NCBI GenBank assembly: GCA_029262755.1
Contig: JAJCYU010000315.1
Coordinates: forward strand, 1-34,398
DNA: 34,398 bases
DNA from: Anaerolineae bacterium
GTDB taxonomy: Bacteria; Chloroflexota; Anaerolineae; Epilineales; Epilineaceae
Reading direction: 5' to 3'
In this document: in pieces, positions 8,751-17,949 of the stretch
Numbering within the stretch: position 1 is the stretch's first letter
Layout: every line of letters begins with the position of its first letter
The notes under the pieces: model-generated
Databases searched by the model: none
Told to the model about the DNA's origin: nothing
What the model saw: the letters and a program-made list of their open reading frames with translations, nothing else
Made by a program: the position numbers and the translations under genes

Positions 8751-11447
8751 TCACGCGAGCTCCACCGTCCCGGCCGTGCCGTCCACGGTGATCATCTGGC
8801 CGTCGCGGATGCGCGCCGTGGCCACGGTCGTGCCCATGACGGCCGGGATCCCATACTCGCGCGCCACGATAGAGCCGTGGGCCAGGACGCCGCCGATGTC
8901 GGTCACGAGGCCGCGTGCTTGCGCGAAGAGCGGGGTCCACGCCGGTGTGGTGGTGGGGCAGACCAGGATCGAATCCGGGCGCATGTTCTCGAAGTCCGCG
9001 GGCGACAGAATCACGCTGGCCGGTGCGGTTACCCTGCCGGGGCTGACCGCAAAGCCGTCGATGGTGTCGCCATCGCTGCGGTTCTCCTTGGGCTGAAGGC
9101 CGGATGACAGGTCGAAGGGCCCTATCTTCATCCGGTAGTTTTCGGGCACCGTCGGCGGTGGTTGCAAGCCCATGCGCTCGTCGCGAAGCGCGCGGCGTTC
9201 GCGCGCTCGCGTGGCGAGATCGTCGCCGGTTGCGCCGGCGGCGCGCGCCGCGATCGCCTGCCGCAGCTCGACGCTGCGCAAGTAGAAGACGTCGTCGGGC
9301 GCTTCGAGCACGCCCGCATTCATCAGGCGCTCGCCCAACTCCAGAGCCAGGCCGCGCAGCGTCGGCCAGGCGGCGCCGACGTAGTAGAGTGCGTCTTCGC
9401 GGTAGGGCGTGAAGCGCTGCGCCCAGGCCAGGACTTTGCGGAAGATCGGCCGACGGATCGGCCCGAGACGGCGCAGGATCGCTTTGGCCATGTCCTCCCT
9501 TGCCTGCGCGAACGCCACGTTCTGCGCCCTGGCATCGCGCTCGGGATGCGCCAGCAGCGCATGCAGCCCGATGAACACGGGCAGCGGATTCTCGGCTTGC
9601 GTCGGGGCGACGAAGTCCAGGTTGTAGATCTGGTGCCCGTACGTCGCTAGGTAGTCCTGAAGCGCCGCGAGCGCGGGGCCACCGCCGGGCGACTGCTCAA
9701 GCGTGTGCCTGAGGTCGCGAGCCGGGCCGTCCAGCAGACGGTCGCGCAGCGTCTCGTCCTGCCCGATCAGACGGGCGATGGATTCGAGTGCAAATTGCGC
9801 GTCCAGGGTTTGCGACGGGTAGCCGCGCAGGAGCGGTCCGCTCGACAGGGGATACGCCAGCGTCGCATCCTGCCCCCCGCCTCGAGGCGGCTTGATCGTT
9901 CGCAGGACCCGCTCGAGCAGGCCGTCGGTCGTCTTCGAGAGCGCCAGCGGAAAGTTGGCGGCGAACCAGTAGACGGCATCCGCGTCCGCCAGCTCGAGCA
10001 CTCCCTCGAGCAGTCGCTCGTCGTCGGCCTCCGACACGTCTTCTTGCTTCCACCGCGCGATCTTCGCCCGATAGGCCGGCAGCTGATCATCGCGCCAGTA
10101 GGGGATCACGAAATGCAGGAGCTTCGGGAGCATCTTGACGTACGTGACCACGAGGAGCCCAAGGGAGCGGATGTTGATCTTGAAGTCGGCCCGCATGTAC
10201 GCGAAGCCGTTGACCGTGTTGAACATGGGCAGCTCGACGAAGCGACCGATGAAGTCGCGCGACCAGCCCATGACACCCATGATCCCTTCCATCGAATGAT
10301 CGAGGCCCTGCTCCAGATAGAGTTCGGCGAAGAGCGGGGAGAGCGGCTCCGGCATGTGCTCCACCACCTGGCGCCGGAGCCATGCCGAGCCCTCGATCGG
10401 TGGGATCCATTCCACGGCGGCATTCCGGGCCGAGCCTGCGACGGGGTCCCCATCCCGCCGAAGCTCCGGCAGGGCCGTGATCGGCCGGGCTTGCAGGATG
10501 GCGAAGCGGCCATCCGCAAAAGCCCACTCGATGTCCATGGGCTGTCCAAAATGCTCCTCGATGAGCGTCGCGAGTACTACGAGCTCCGCTGCCGCCTCAT
10601 CGTCCAGGACGCTTCGCCCACGCAGTTCGTCGGGCACGTGCTGCTCCGCCGAACCGGTGTCGGTGCGCACGGTCATCACGGTCTTGTCCGCGATCTCGCG
10701 CGAGACCACACGGCCGTCGCCCTTGTTCACGATCACGGTGTCCGGCGTGACGTGGCCCCCGACGACGGCCTCCCCGAGCCCCCACGATGCGTTGATCACG
10801 GCCTGGTCACGATCGCCGGTGACGGGATTCGCGGTGAAGAGAATGCCGGCCGACTCCGCAGGCACGAGCGCTTGAACCACCACCGCCATGGCCACGCCAT
10901 CGGTCGGCACGTCGTGCTGCGCGCGGTAGCCGATCGCGCGTGGTGTCCACAGGGAGGCCCAGCAGCATTGCACCGCCGCGAGGACCGCCTGCGTGCCCCT
11001 GATGTTGAGATAGGTCTCCTGCTGCCCCGCGAAGGAGAGCTCGGGCAGGTCTTCCGCGGTCGCGGAGGAACGGACGGCCACGGACGATGCGCCGTCGCCC
11101 AGCGCTGCATAGGCGTGCGTGACGGCCTGCGCGATCTCGTCGGGCATTGCGGCCTGGGCGAATGCGTTCTGGATCGCCTCAGACGCCGCGTCCAAGCGCT
11201 TCGGATCGCGGCCGTCGATCTCGCAGACGGCGGCGTCGATGGTCGGCTGCAGTCGGTTGGCCTGAACAAAGTCGCGATAGGCCCCGGTGCCCACGATGAA
11301 GCCGTCCGGCACGGGCAAGCCCGCCTGGACGAGCCGCGCGAGCGACGCCGCCTTGCCGCCCGCACGCGCCAGGTCGGCCTCCGCGCTTCCGAGCGTGAGG
11401 ATCAAGCGTGCAGGTAGGCCCGAACCGATCGAATCGCCCGTGTTCAT
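8751..11447 (-). CDS. PEP/pyruvate-binding ATP-grasp + central domain + C-terminal swivelling His domain enzyme (rifampin phosphotransferase / PPS-like)
   Basis: GGKAASL, VAVRSSATAEDLPELSFAGQQETYLN, GLGEAVVGG and DIEWA..LQARPIT motifs. C-terminal TTPAWTPLF...TDIGGVLAHGSIVAREYGIPAVMG phospho-His domain. No PEP-binding TIM barrel follows, so it is not a true PpsA/PPDK. SD AGAGGAG. Confidence 0.88.
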   Translation of the reverse strand: MNTGDSIGSGLPARLILTLGSAEADLARAGGKAASLARLVQAGLPVPDGFIVGTGAYRDFVQANRLQPTIDAAVCEIDGRDPKRLDAASEAIQNAFAQAAMPDEIAQAVTHAYAALGDGASSVAVRSSATAEDLPELSFAGQQETYLNIRGTQAVLAAVQCCWASLWTPRAIGYRAQHDVPTDGVAMAVVVQALVPAESAGILFTANPVTGDRDQAVINASWGLGEAVVGGHVTPDTVIVNKGDGRVVSREIADKTVMTVRTDTGSAEQHVPDELRGRSVLDDEAAAELVVLATLIEEHFGQPMDIEWAFADGRFAILQARPITALPELRRDGDPVAGSARNAAVEWIPPIEGSAWLRRQVVEHMPEPLSPLFAELYLEQGLDHSMEGIMGVMGWSRDFIGRFVELPMFNTVNGFAYMRADFKINIRSLGLLVVTYVKMLPKLLHFVIPYWRDDQLPAYRAKIARWKQEDVSEADDERLLEGVLELADADAVYWFAANFPLALSKTTDGLLERVLRTIKPPRGGGQDATLAYPLSSGPLLRGYPSQTLDAQFALESIARLIGQDETLRDRLLDGPARDLRHTLEQSPGGGPALAALQDYLATYGHQIYNLDFVAPTQAENPLPVFIGLHALLAHPERDARAQNVAFAQAREDMAKAILRRLGPIRRPIFRKVLAWAQRFTPYREDALYYVGAAWPTLRGLALELGERLMNAGVLEAPDDVFYLRSVELRQAIAARAAGATGDDLATRARERRALRDERMGLQPPPTVPENYRMKIGPFDLSSGLQPKENRSDGDTIDGFAVSPGRVTAPASVILSPADFENMRPDSILVCPTTTPAWTPLFAQARGLVTDIGGVLAHGSIVAREYGIPAVMGTTVATARIRDGQMITVDGTAGTVELA

Positions 11448-11513
11448 GATTCAATACTCCTCTTGCTTCCGGAGAAACATCGCCCGCGGCCTGACGGCGC
11501 GTGCGAATCGCGG

Positions 11514-12170
11514 CTATCGCGCCCGCTTGAACAGATACGCGTACGGAGACTTGGTGTACGCGATGCCCCGACCCGCCGCGTGAAGATCCTCCACTGTTGG
11601 CTGCCGACCGCTCTTCGGGACGAGGTATTTCTCCATCGCCTCGGAGCTCGGGCGATAGGTGCCGCTGCGGCTCCTGATGACGGCTACGAGCGCATAGTCG
11701 GGATCCAGCGACGCCATCGACGCATCCCCATGACTGTTGTTGGCCAGCAGCCAGCCTCCGGGCGCGAGATAGCGGGTGCAGTATTCGCTGATGAAGCCGG
11801 CGTACAGAGAGATCACGAGCTGCACGGAGCCGTCCGCGATGTCGAAGGGTTCGCGGTAGTCGTGATGAAGGAACGTGAATGCGAAGGAGCGTTCCGGTTG
11901 CGGCCGGCCGGCCCGGACAAGCTGCTCCACATCGTCCGCATGGGAAAAGAAGACGCGCGCTCGCTTGTCGGTATCCACATACGTGACGTCGTCGAACACG
12001 ACGGAGGCCGCGATGTCGACATAAGAGCCGGGGTATAGGACGGCGGTCGGCTGGATGACCTGCGCTACCGCGTCGAAGAGCCGGATGTGATCGCCGGGAT
12101 GCCGGTCATAGTCCGCGTGGAAGCGGGCGACGTCGTTCGGGCTGCTCTTGCGGGGGCGTTCGGTGCTCAA
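11514..12170 (-). CDS. Class I SAM-dependent methyltransferase-like protein
   Basis: VLYPGSYVD (motif I-like), VTYVD, HDY, DGSVQLVISL and YLAPGGWLL motifs. TTG start with strong GGAGGT SD. Confidence 0.65.
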   Translation of the reverse strand: MSTERPRKSSPNDVARFHADYDRHPGDHIRLFDAVAQVIQPTAVLYPGSYVDIAASVVFDDVTYVDTDKRARVFFSHADDVEQLVRAGRPQPERSFAFTFLHHDYREPFDIADGSVQLVISLYAGFISEYCTRYLAPGGWLLANNSHGDASMASLDPDYALVAVIRSRSGTYRPSSEAMEKYLVPKSGRQPTVEDLHAAGRGIAYTKSPYAYLFKRAR

Positions 12171-12461
12171 CGTACTACCTCCAATCGTATGACGGCTGGC
12201 TCGTCGGGCGGACCGAAATGTCTTAGGGGCCGAGAGCGAGGCAAATCAACACCGTGGAACGACAACCTGAGCATGCCATCGATGTGTTTCGATGCAGAGG
12301 GCGACGAACCTGCGCCCCCTCTCGTCGTCACGGGGAAGGCCTGAAGCGACTCCATGGCCTAGAGGTATACATCCTCGATCCTCTACACGTCGCAAGCGGC
12401 CCCGGCCTCCTGGCGTCCCATGGATGTGCACATTGCACCCGCACTCCCAAGAGGTGCCCCC

Positions 12462-13688
12462 ATGCCCTTCTTGCTCCGCCTCCTCGTCGTCGCCACGTTG
12501 GCGTGCCTAGCCATCGCGCCGCAGCCCGACCCAGCCATCGCCGTGCCCGCCGGCTCCGCCTCCGCCCAGGACGCGCGATGGGCAATTCCCGCAATCACCG
12601 ACGTGCTGTTGCGCGACCGAGTGGCCTACCTGGCCGTGGGACGACATATCGATGCCTACGACCTGTCCGCGCCCGAAGCGCCGCGGTGGCTCGGCCGGGC
12701 AAGCGTAGACGAGGACCTAGTCCAGTTGGCCTTCGACGCGCCGTGGATCGTGGCGGGCGGCGCCACCGGGATCCACCTCTTCCGACCGCAGCCAGGGCGT
12801 GAGCCACGCTTCGTGCTCTCCGTGCTTCGGCCCGCGGTGGAAGGAGCGCTCACGGAGTGGCGACCGGGCGAGCCGCATAGCTTCTTCTTGGAAGCGCATG
12901 GCGGCGAGTTGATCGTCGCCGGCTCCGCCAGCATCAAGAATGAACGAGGTGAGGCAGGACCGGGGTCTGTCGTCGCGGTGCAGCGCGCGCGCCTCGGGGA
13001 AGACGACCCGGGGCCGTGGCGCGAGACCTGGCGGCGGACGTTCGAAGCAGATGGCTTTAGCCCCCCTTGGTCCGTTACCGCGCTTGGCAGAGCAGGGGAT
13101 GGTGCGATTCTGGGCGTCTATGCCAGCCACCGGCAAGTGGGCGAGAGTGCGCTCGTGCACACGCCCTCAGGGTCGATCTCGCAGCTACGTCCCGCGCAGC
13201 GCGCGGAAGCCTTGCTCGTCGATGGAGATCACACCGTGGTTGCCTACCGGCAGGCCGGCATCGCCTCCGGACGCGAAGAATTCGTGACGCTGGCGGTTGT
13301 GCAGGACGACGAGATCGTGAGTGCCCTGCCGTACGACGGTCCCGCCGGCCTCCCGACCAGCGGCGCGCCGGCCGCCCTGGATGGCTCGGTCGCGAACCTG
13401 TGGACCGGCATGCGCACGGGCTGGCTGCTGCGCCTGGACGCACACGCCGCGCCGCGGCCGCGCACCCGCGCGCAGATCCGCCTCCCGGAGCGGATCCGCG
13501 CGCTCGCCGTCGACGGCACCTTCGGCGTGGCCGTCCTATCCGACGGCCGTGCGGTCAGCGTTTCGCTGCCGGACGAGGGACGCGGGTCGTGGTGGCCGCT
13601 TGCGCAGGGCGGCAGCGTGTCGATGGGGGCTGCGCATCGGCTGAGCTTGCCTTTGCTAGGTAGCAATGGTGGAATGCCGACCAACTGA
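12462..13688 (+). CDS. Secreted beta-rich (LVIVD/propeller-like) protein with C-terminal RLSLPLL motif
   Basis: SD AAGAGGT before ATG 12462. Signal peptide MPFLLRLLVVATLACLAIA. LVIVD-like repeat DVLLRDRVAYLAVGRHIDAYDLSAPEAPRWLG. Confidence 0.65.
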   Translation: MPFLLRLLVVATLACLAIAPQPDPAIAVPAGSASAQDARWAIPAITDVLLRDRVAYLAVGRHIDAYDLSAPEAPRWLGRASVDEDLVQLAFDAPWIVAGGATGIHLFRPQPGREPRFVLSVLRPAVEGALTEWRPGEPHSFFLEAHGGELIVAGSASIKNERGEAGPGSVVAVQRARLGEDDPGPWRETWRRTFEADGFSPPWSVTALGRAGDGAILGVYASHRQVGESALVHTPSGSISQLRPAQRAEALLVDGDHTVVAYRQAGIASGREEFVTLAVVQDDEIVSALPYDGPAGLPTSGAPAALDGSVANLWTGMRTGWLLRLDAHAAPRPRTRAQIRLPERIRALAVDGTFGVAVLSDGRAVSVSLPDEGRGSWWPLAQGGSVSMGAAHRLSLPLLGSNGGMPTN

Positions 13689-13769
13689 CATCGAAGTAAC
13701 AGCGGCGTTGACCATGACACGGAACAATCCAGATCGCGGAATCGGTCCTCGCCAACGGGACACGGCGGC

Positions 13770-14732
13770 TTGATGCGACTCCACAGCCTAGCGGTATCTA
13801 CGCTCGAGCGATACGACCTCTCGGTCGCGCGTGTCGCCCTGCACAGCCTTGAGACCAACCACCTGTATCGGGTGACGACGAGCTCCGGTCGGCGGCTCAT
13901 GCTTCGGCTCGCCACGCCAGGCTGGCGAACCGAGTCCGATCTGCGTTCGGAAGCACTCTGGCTCGATGCGCTCGGCAGGGATACGAACATCCCCGTGCCC
14001 CGCGTCATCAGAGCCGCGGACGGTAGTGCGGTCGTGGCGATGCAGAGGGCAGGCTCCGCGGACAATTGGTATGCGACGCTGATGAGCTGGCAGCCGGGGA
14101 GGCTGCTCGGATCGTACCTGACGCCGCAGAACCTGCGACGGTTGGGTGTGCTGTTCGCGCGGCTTCACAAACACGGAAGGGAGTGGACGCCGCCAGGGGA
14201 ATTCAGCTCCAAGCGCTTCACCCACGTCCTTTCACGGGGCGAGCCCGAAGTCATCTTTCACGCGGACCAGCTCGAAGCCTATAGCAGCGAGAACCTAAGC
14301 CAGCTTCAGCGCCTGCATGAACGGGTCGAGTCCGTCTATGCGGGGCTCGATCGCAAGGATCTTCACGTCATCCACTGCGACCTTTGGCATGGCAACGTGA
14401 AGCTCTACAAGGGCGCGCTGTACCCCTTCGACTTCGAAGACACGGTCCTCGGATTTCGAATCCACGACATCGCCATGGCGATGCTCGACCTGTTGGAGGA
14501 GGTCGGCGATTCGCGCTATCCGCAGCTGTTCGGCGCTTTCCGACAGGGCTATGAAGCACACCTCGACTGGCCGGAAGGCGAGATGGAAGCGCTGCAGATC
14601 GGCCGGCTGCTCTGGAAGATCAACTGGGTTGCGCGCTTCCAACGAATGCACCTACGCCCCATGGTCGAGAACCACGTCCGGCTCTTCAACCACTACGAAC
14701 GAAGCGGCGAGCTGCGGTTGGGCGGCGCGTAG
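13770..14732 (+). CDS. Phosphotransferase enzyme family (APH / RdoA-like kinase fold)
   Basis: N.LYRV, SEALWLDAL, IPVPRV, Brenner motif HCDLWHGN, DFED and HDIA. Confidence 0.88.
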   Translation: MMRLHSLAVSTLERYDLSVARVALHSLETNHLYRVTTSSGRRLMLRLATPGWRTESDLRSEALWLDALGRDTNIPVPRVIRAADGSAVVAMQRAGSADNWYATLMSWQPGRLLGSYLTPQNLRRLGVLFARLHKHGREWTPPGEFSSKRFTHVLSRGEPEVIFHADQLEAYSSENLSQLQRLHERVESVYAGLDRKDLHVIHCDLWHGNVKLYKGALYPFDFEDTVLGFRIHDIAMAMLDLLEEVGDSRYPQLFGAFRQGYEAHLDWPEGEMEALQIGRLLWKINWVARFQRMHLRPMVENHVRLFNHYERSGELRLGGA

Positions 14733-14865
14733 CGACTTTCCCTGTGCGTCTGCCCGAACCCTGATCCTCGCAGCGCTTCGGCCTTCGTTTCAGCGGCGAA
14801 CCCAGAGCGAACGAAGAAGCCTATAGTCCCTGAGTATTCGCCGGTACCGATTCGGGTCGATCAGG

Positions 14866-15603
14866 ATGGGAGGGGTTATCGAACGTGCTCTTGTGACGGC
14901 AGGAATCTTCGTCGTCCCCACCCTCTTGCTCGTGATCTGGTTCCGGATAAACAATCGCCGCGTCGAATGGCGCCCGCTGCTCTGGGCGGGGTTGTCCTTC
15001 GCGATCTACATGCTCGCGCTTCGGAGCACGGACGTCCTGCCGCTGCCCGAATTTCTCGCGCAGTGGGAGCAAAACTGGGTCGGGAAGAGCCTCGCGCTTC
15101 TCGCAACCTGCGCGATCCTCGCCTTCTTGCCCAGTGTCGGGTTTCGAGAGGCCGGCGTCCGGTGGGCGCAAAACGCCGGCTCGCTGCGACCCGTAGCCGT
15201 GACCGCCGTCATGACCATCGTCGGAGCAACGATCACCTCCGGCCTGATATCGTCGAGCCCAGATCTTTCGCGAGAGTGGTTGACATTCCAGGCCACCATG
15301 CCGGGGCTCGACGAAGAATTGTTTATGCGCGGACTGTTGCTGCTTCTCTTTCACCAGGCCTTCGGAAAAGGCATGACCATTTGGGGCGCCGAAACAGGGT
15401 GGGGCATCTGGTTGACCAGCGTACTCTTCGGCTTGCTCCACGGCGTCGGTTGGGTCGACGGAGCACTTCAGTTCAACGTCGCGGTCATCATGCTCACCGG
15501 GTCCATCGGTTTCATCGCAGGCTGGGCCCGCGAGCGCACCGGCAGCCTGGTCATCCCGGTGCTCTTCCACAACGCCTTCAACGTCGCCCAGGCCTTCGTC
15601 TAG
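14866..15603 (+). CDS. CPBP family intramembrane glutamic endopeptidase (CAAX protease/Abi)
   Basis: Several transmembrane helices. EE-x3-R motif PGLDEELFMRG, LFGLLH, and H-x3-N motif FHNAFN. Confidence 0.9.
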   Translation: MGGVIERALVTAGIFVVPTLLLVIWFRINNRRVEWRPLLWAGLSFAIYMLALRSTDVLPLPEFLAQWEQNWVGKSLALLATCAILAFLPSVGFREAGVRWAQNAGSLRPVAVTAVMTIVGATITSGLISSSPDLSREWLTFQATMPGLDEELFMRGLLLLLFHQAFGKGMTIWGAETGWGIWLTSVLFGLLHGVGWVDGALQFNVAVIMLTGSIGFIAGWARERTGSLVIPVLFHNAFNVAQAFV

Positions 15604-15813
15604 AGCCGCTGGTGGTAACAAGTCGTCCAATCTAAGGGCGTTAACCCGTCATAGGGCGAGCCATATCGACGGTCGCCGAGCGGCTGGCGAATCCCGCGTC
15701 GCTCTGGCACCCTTCGCGGCCATGACGCGCGCCTTGTGACTTCCCGGGCACATCGACCCTGCTGCACTGGCGTAGGCAAGGGCACGGCTCCGGCATGGCC
15801 CACCGCTCGATGC

Positions 15814-15872
15814 TTGCAGCGGCGTTTGCAAAAGGGGCCGCATTGCGTAGCCTTGTGCAAGAGGTTCTGCAA
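15814..15872 (+). promoter_or_regulatory. Promoter and operator array of the left abiE operon
   Basis: -35 TTGCAA (15826-15831), 16-nt spacer, -10 TAGCCT (15848-15853), SD AAGAGGT. Three inverted repeats: TTGCA-N8-TGCAA (15814-15831), TTGCG-N8-TGCAA (15843-15860) and GTGCA-N8-TGCAA (15855-15872). Confidence 0.6.
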
Positions 15873-16666
15873 TGGCCAATCCAGGTACTCTATCGAAATG
15901 GATCGACGCGCTGCCCAGCGAAGGGCGGTACGTGTTCTCGCGTCACGAAGCGGAGTCGGTGAGCGGAGCGTCGAGCGGCGCCGTGATGAAGACCCTGCGG
16001 AGGCTCAAGAGGCGCGGCCTGATCATCAGTCCGCGACGAGGCTTCTACGTGCTTGTTCCTCCCGAGTACCGGTCGGCTGGCAGCCCGCCCGCGACGTGGT
16101 TCATCGACGAGCTCATGGGTCACATTGGGCGACGCTACTACGTGGCGCTTTTGAGCGCCGCAGCGCTCCACGGTGCGGGTCACCAACAGCCCATGGCGTT
16201 TCAGGTTCTCGCCGATGCCGCGGAGCGCGACATCGAGGTCGGCCGCGTCCGTATCGAGTTCCATGTCAGCAACCGCATGAGCGGAGCGGCCACGCAAAGA
16301 ATGCAGACCGAGACGGGTACGATGGTCGTATCCACTCCAGAGACCACCGCCTTTGACCTCGTGCGTTTCTCCTCGGCCGCGGGCTACTGGAGCAACATCG
16401 CGACCGTGCTCTCGGATCTTGCGGGACAACTCGATCCCACGCGGCTCGCAGCAGGCTCGGCGCGGGTCGCGCGCAGCGACGCGCAGCGGCTCGGGTGGCT
16501 GCTCGATCACCTCGGCGAGGGTCAGCTCGCGCAGGCGATATTCGTGGGGCTTCAAGGCAAACGACTCGTTCCGGTGCCGTTGAACACGTCGCGCGATCAC
16601 CTCGGCGCAGCGGTGGATGCACTATGGCGTGTGGTGGTCAACGACGACGTCGAGCCGGACCTGTGA
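15872..16666 (+). CDS. abiEi: Type IV toxin-antitoxin antitoxin, AbiEi family (wHTH + C-terminal domain)
   Basis: GRYVFS, SPRRGFYVLVPPEY, YYVALLSAAALHGA.HQ.P..FQV, STPETTAFDL and QRLGWLL motifs. GTGA overlap with a nucleotidyltransferase ORF. Confidence 0.88.
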   Translation: MANPGTLSKWIDALPSEGRYVFSRHEAESVSGASSGAVMKTLRRLKRRGLIISPRRGFYVLVPPEYRSAGSPPATWFIDELMGHIGRRYYVALLSAAALHGAGHQQPMAFQVLADAAERDIEVGRVRIEFHVSNRMSGAATQRMQTETGTMVVSTPETTAFDLVRFSSAAGYWSNIATVLSDLAGQLDPTRLAAGSARVARSDAQRLGWLLDHLGEGQLAQAIFVGLQGKRLVPVPLNTSRDHLGAAVDALWRVVVNDDVEPDL

Positions 16667-17064
16667 TTCCGCGGGCGAACATCACCGCGTGGCGCAAGAC
16701 GGCCCCCTGGCCCGACAACAGCCAGGTCGAGCAGGACCTCGTGATCACGCGCGCGCTCGTGGAGCTCTTCGCCCGGCCCACCGTGGCCGAGCAAGCAGTG
16801 TTTCGTGGCGGCACCGCACTGCACAAGCTCTTCTTCTTCCCACCAGGGCGCTATTCGGAGGACATCGACCTCGTTCAGCGAACAGCCGGCCCGATCGGGC
16901 CCCTCGTCGACGAAATCCGTGCGGTTCTAGATCCCTGGCTCGGCCCCCCCAACGCTTCGAGTCGGCGTTGGCCCAGCGGGTTGCGTGCGGCGTCGCTACC
17001 GTGTCCTTGGCCACCGATGCGCTCATGCCTTTGGCCAAACCCAAGGCCCACCCGCGGGCCATGA
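16663..17064 (+). pseudogene. abiEii: Truncated AbiEii-family nucleotidyltransferase toxin
   Basis: GTG start overlaps the antitoxin stop. QVEQDL, FRGGTALHK and RYSEDIDL motifs are present. Family-like sequence ends near LDPWLGPP (~16950); the ORF is only 133 aa and lacks the C-terminal K..A / RD..D motifs. Confidence 0.8.
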
Positions 17065-17949
17065 CGCAGCGTGCTCTCCTCCATCTGCCAAGGTCGCCAC
17101 CAATGGCCCAACGAACGTCTCGATCGCGGCAATGACGTGGCCAAGATCGCGGGAAGTGTCCGCGAGGCGATTCTTGCGGAGGAAAGCTTCCCATTGAGCC
17201 TGCTTGCCGGGCACGGCCACGAAGTCGGACGTGAGTGCTGTGACTCCGTCGCGTGGGAGTGCCGTGCCGCGCCGTTCGAAGGTGCTCTGTACGGCTCTGC
17301 CGAGGATCTTGCCTTCTAAGCTCAGATGATCTGCTAGCGCCTGAATGTCGAAGAAGTCCCGCATACGGCTGTTCTGCATCCCCAGCGTAACCATTGCGTG
17401 GAGCTTCTCCGCGATGGCAGTCTCGGGCCGGTAGGCTCTCAGGCGTGGCTGTGGAAGGTCCAGGAGGCTGGGATAGTCAAGCCATTCTGGCTCGGGGACG
17501 ACGGCATCGCCGATGCCGACGTCGATCCGAACCGCGATCTTGGCCGGCCCCAGAAGCGCTCGTGCGGTGACGCGGCGGCCGCCGTAAGGATCTTCTCGCC
17601 GAATCGCGGTGACGCGGGTGCTGGCGGGATCGAAGCGAATTCCGTCCTCTTCGACTGGAAGTGCGCAGATCTCCAGTACGGCGGCCGCGAGGCTCTCGTC
17701 GGAGAGGTCTCCGAATCCGAGGAGGTCCACATCGCGGGTCGGCCGGATCTGTTCGCCGAGCCAGACCAGCATCAGCATGCCGCCCTTCAGCACGAAGCGC
17801 TGAGCATGGGGTGAGACGGAAAGCCGGTAGAGGAAACGCTCGGTCGCATAGCGACGCAGGACGAGGTTCGGATCGACGTTGTTGGCCTTGGCGTGGCGCA
17901 CCAGCCGTACGTGAACCGATCGCGTGAACCCGCTGATCGAAGAGCTCAC
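17023..17949 (-). CDS. abiEii: AbiEii/AbiGii family nucleotidyltransferase toxin (complete)
   Basis: ERFLYRL, FVLKGG, RPTRDVDL, DVGIGD, ETAIAEKLHA and NSRMRDFFD motifs. GTGA overlap with the upstream antitoxin. Confidence 0.92.
   Translation of the reverse strand: MSSSISGFTRSVHVRLVRHAKANNVDPNLVLRRYATERFLYRLSVSPHAQRFVLKGGMLMLVWLGEQIRPTRDVDLLGFGDLSDESLAAAVLEICALPVEEDGIRFDPASTRVTAIRREDPYGGRRVTARALLGPAKIAVRIDVGIGDAVVPEPEWLDYPSLLDLPQPRLRAYRPETAIAEKLHAMVTLGMQNSRMRDFFDIQALADHLSLEGKILGRAVQSTFERRGTALPRDGVTALTSDFVAVPGKQAQWEAFLRKNRLADTSRDLGHVIAAIETFVGPLVATLADGGEHAASWPAGGPWVWPKA

Noticed and set aside
11448..11513. Rifamycin-associated element upstream of the RPH-like gene
   Set aside because: No matching inverted repeat is recognisable, so the gene is not called rph.
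12167..12355. 62-aa minus-strand ORF upstream of the methyltransferase
   Set aside because: No SD, weak codon bias and no motif; the region is more likely a divergent promoter region.
15614..15646. attC-like ends (GGTAAC-AAGTCGTCCAA...GGCGTTAACC) after the CPBP gene, with a similar TAAC...GTTGACC near 13697-13713
   Set aside because: Far too short for attC, no internal L-box pairing, and no integron integrase in the window.
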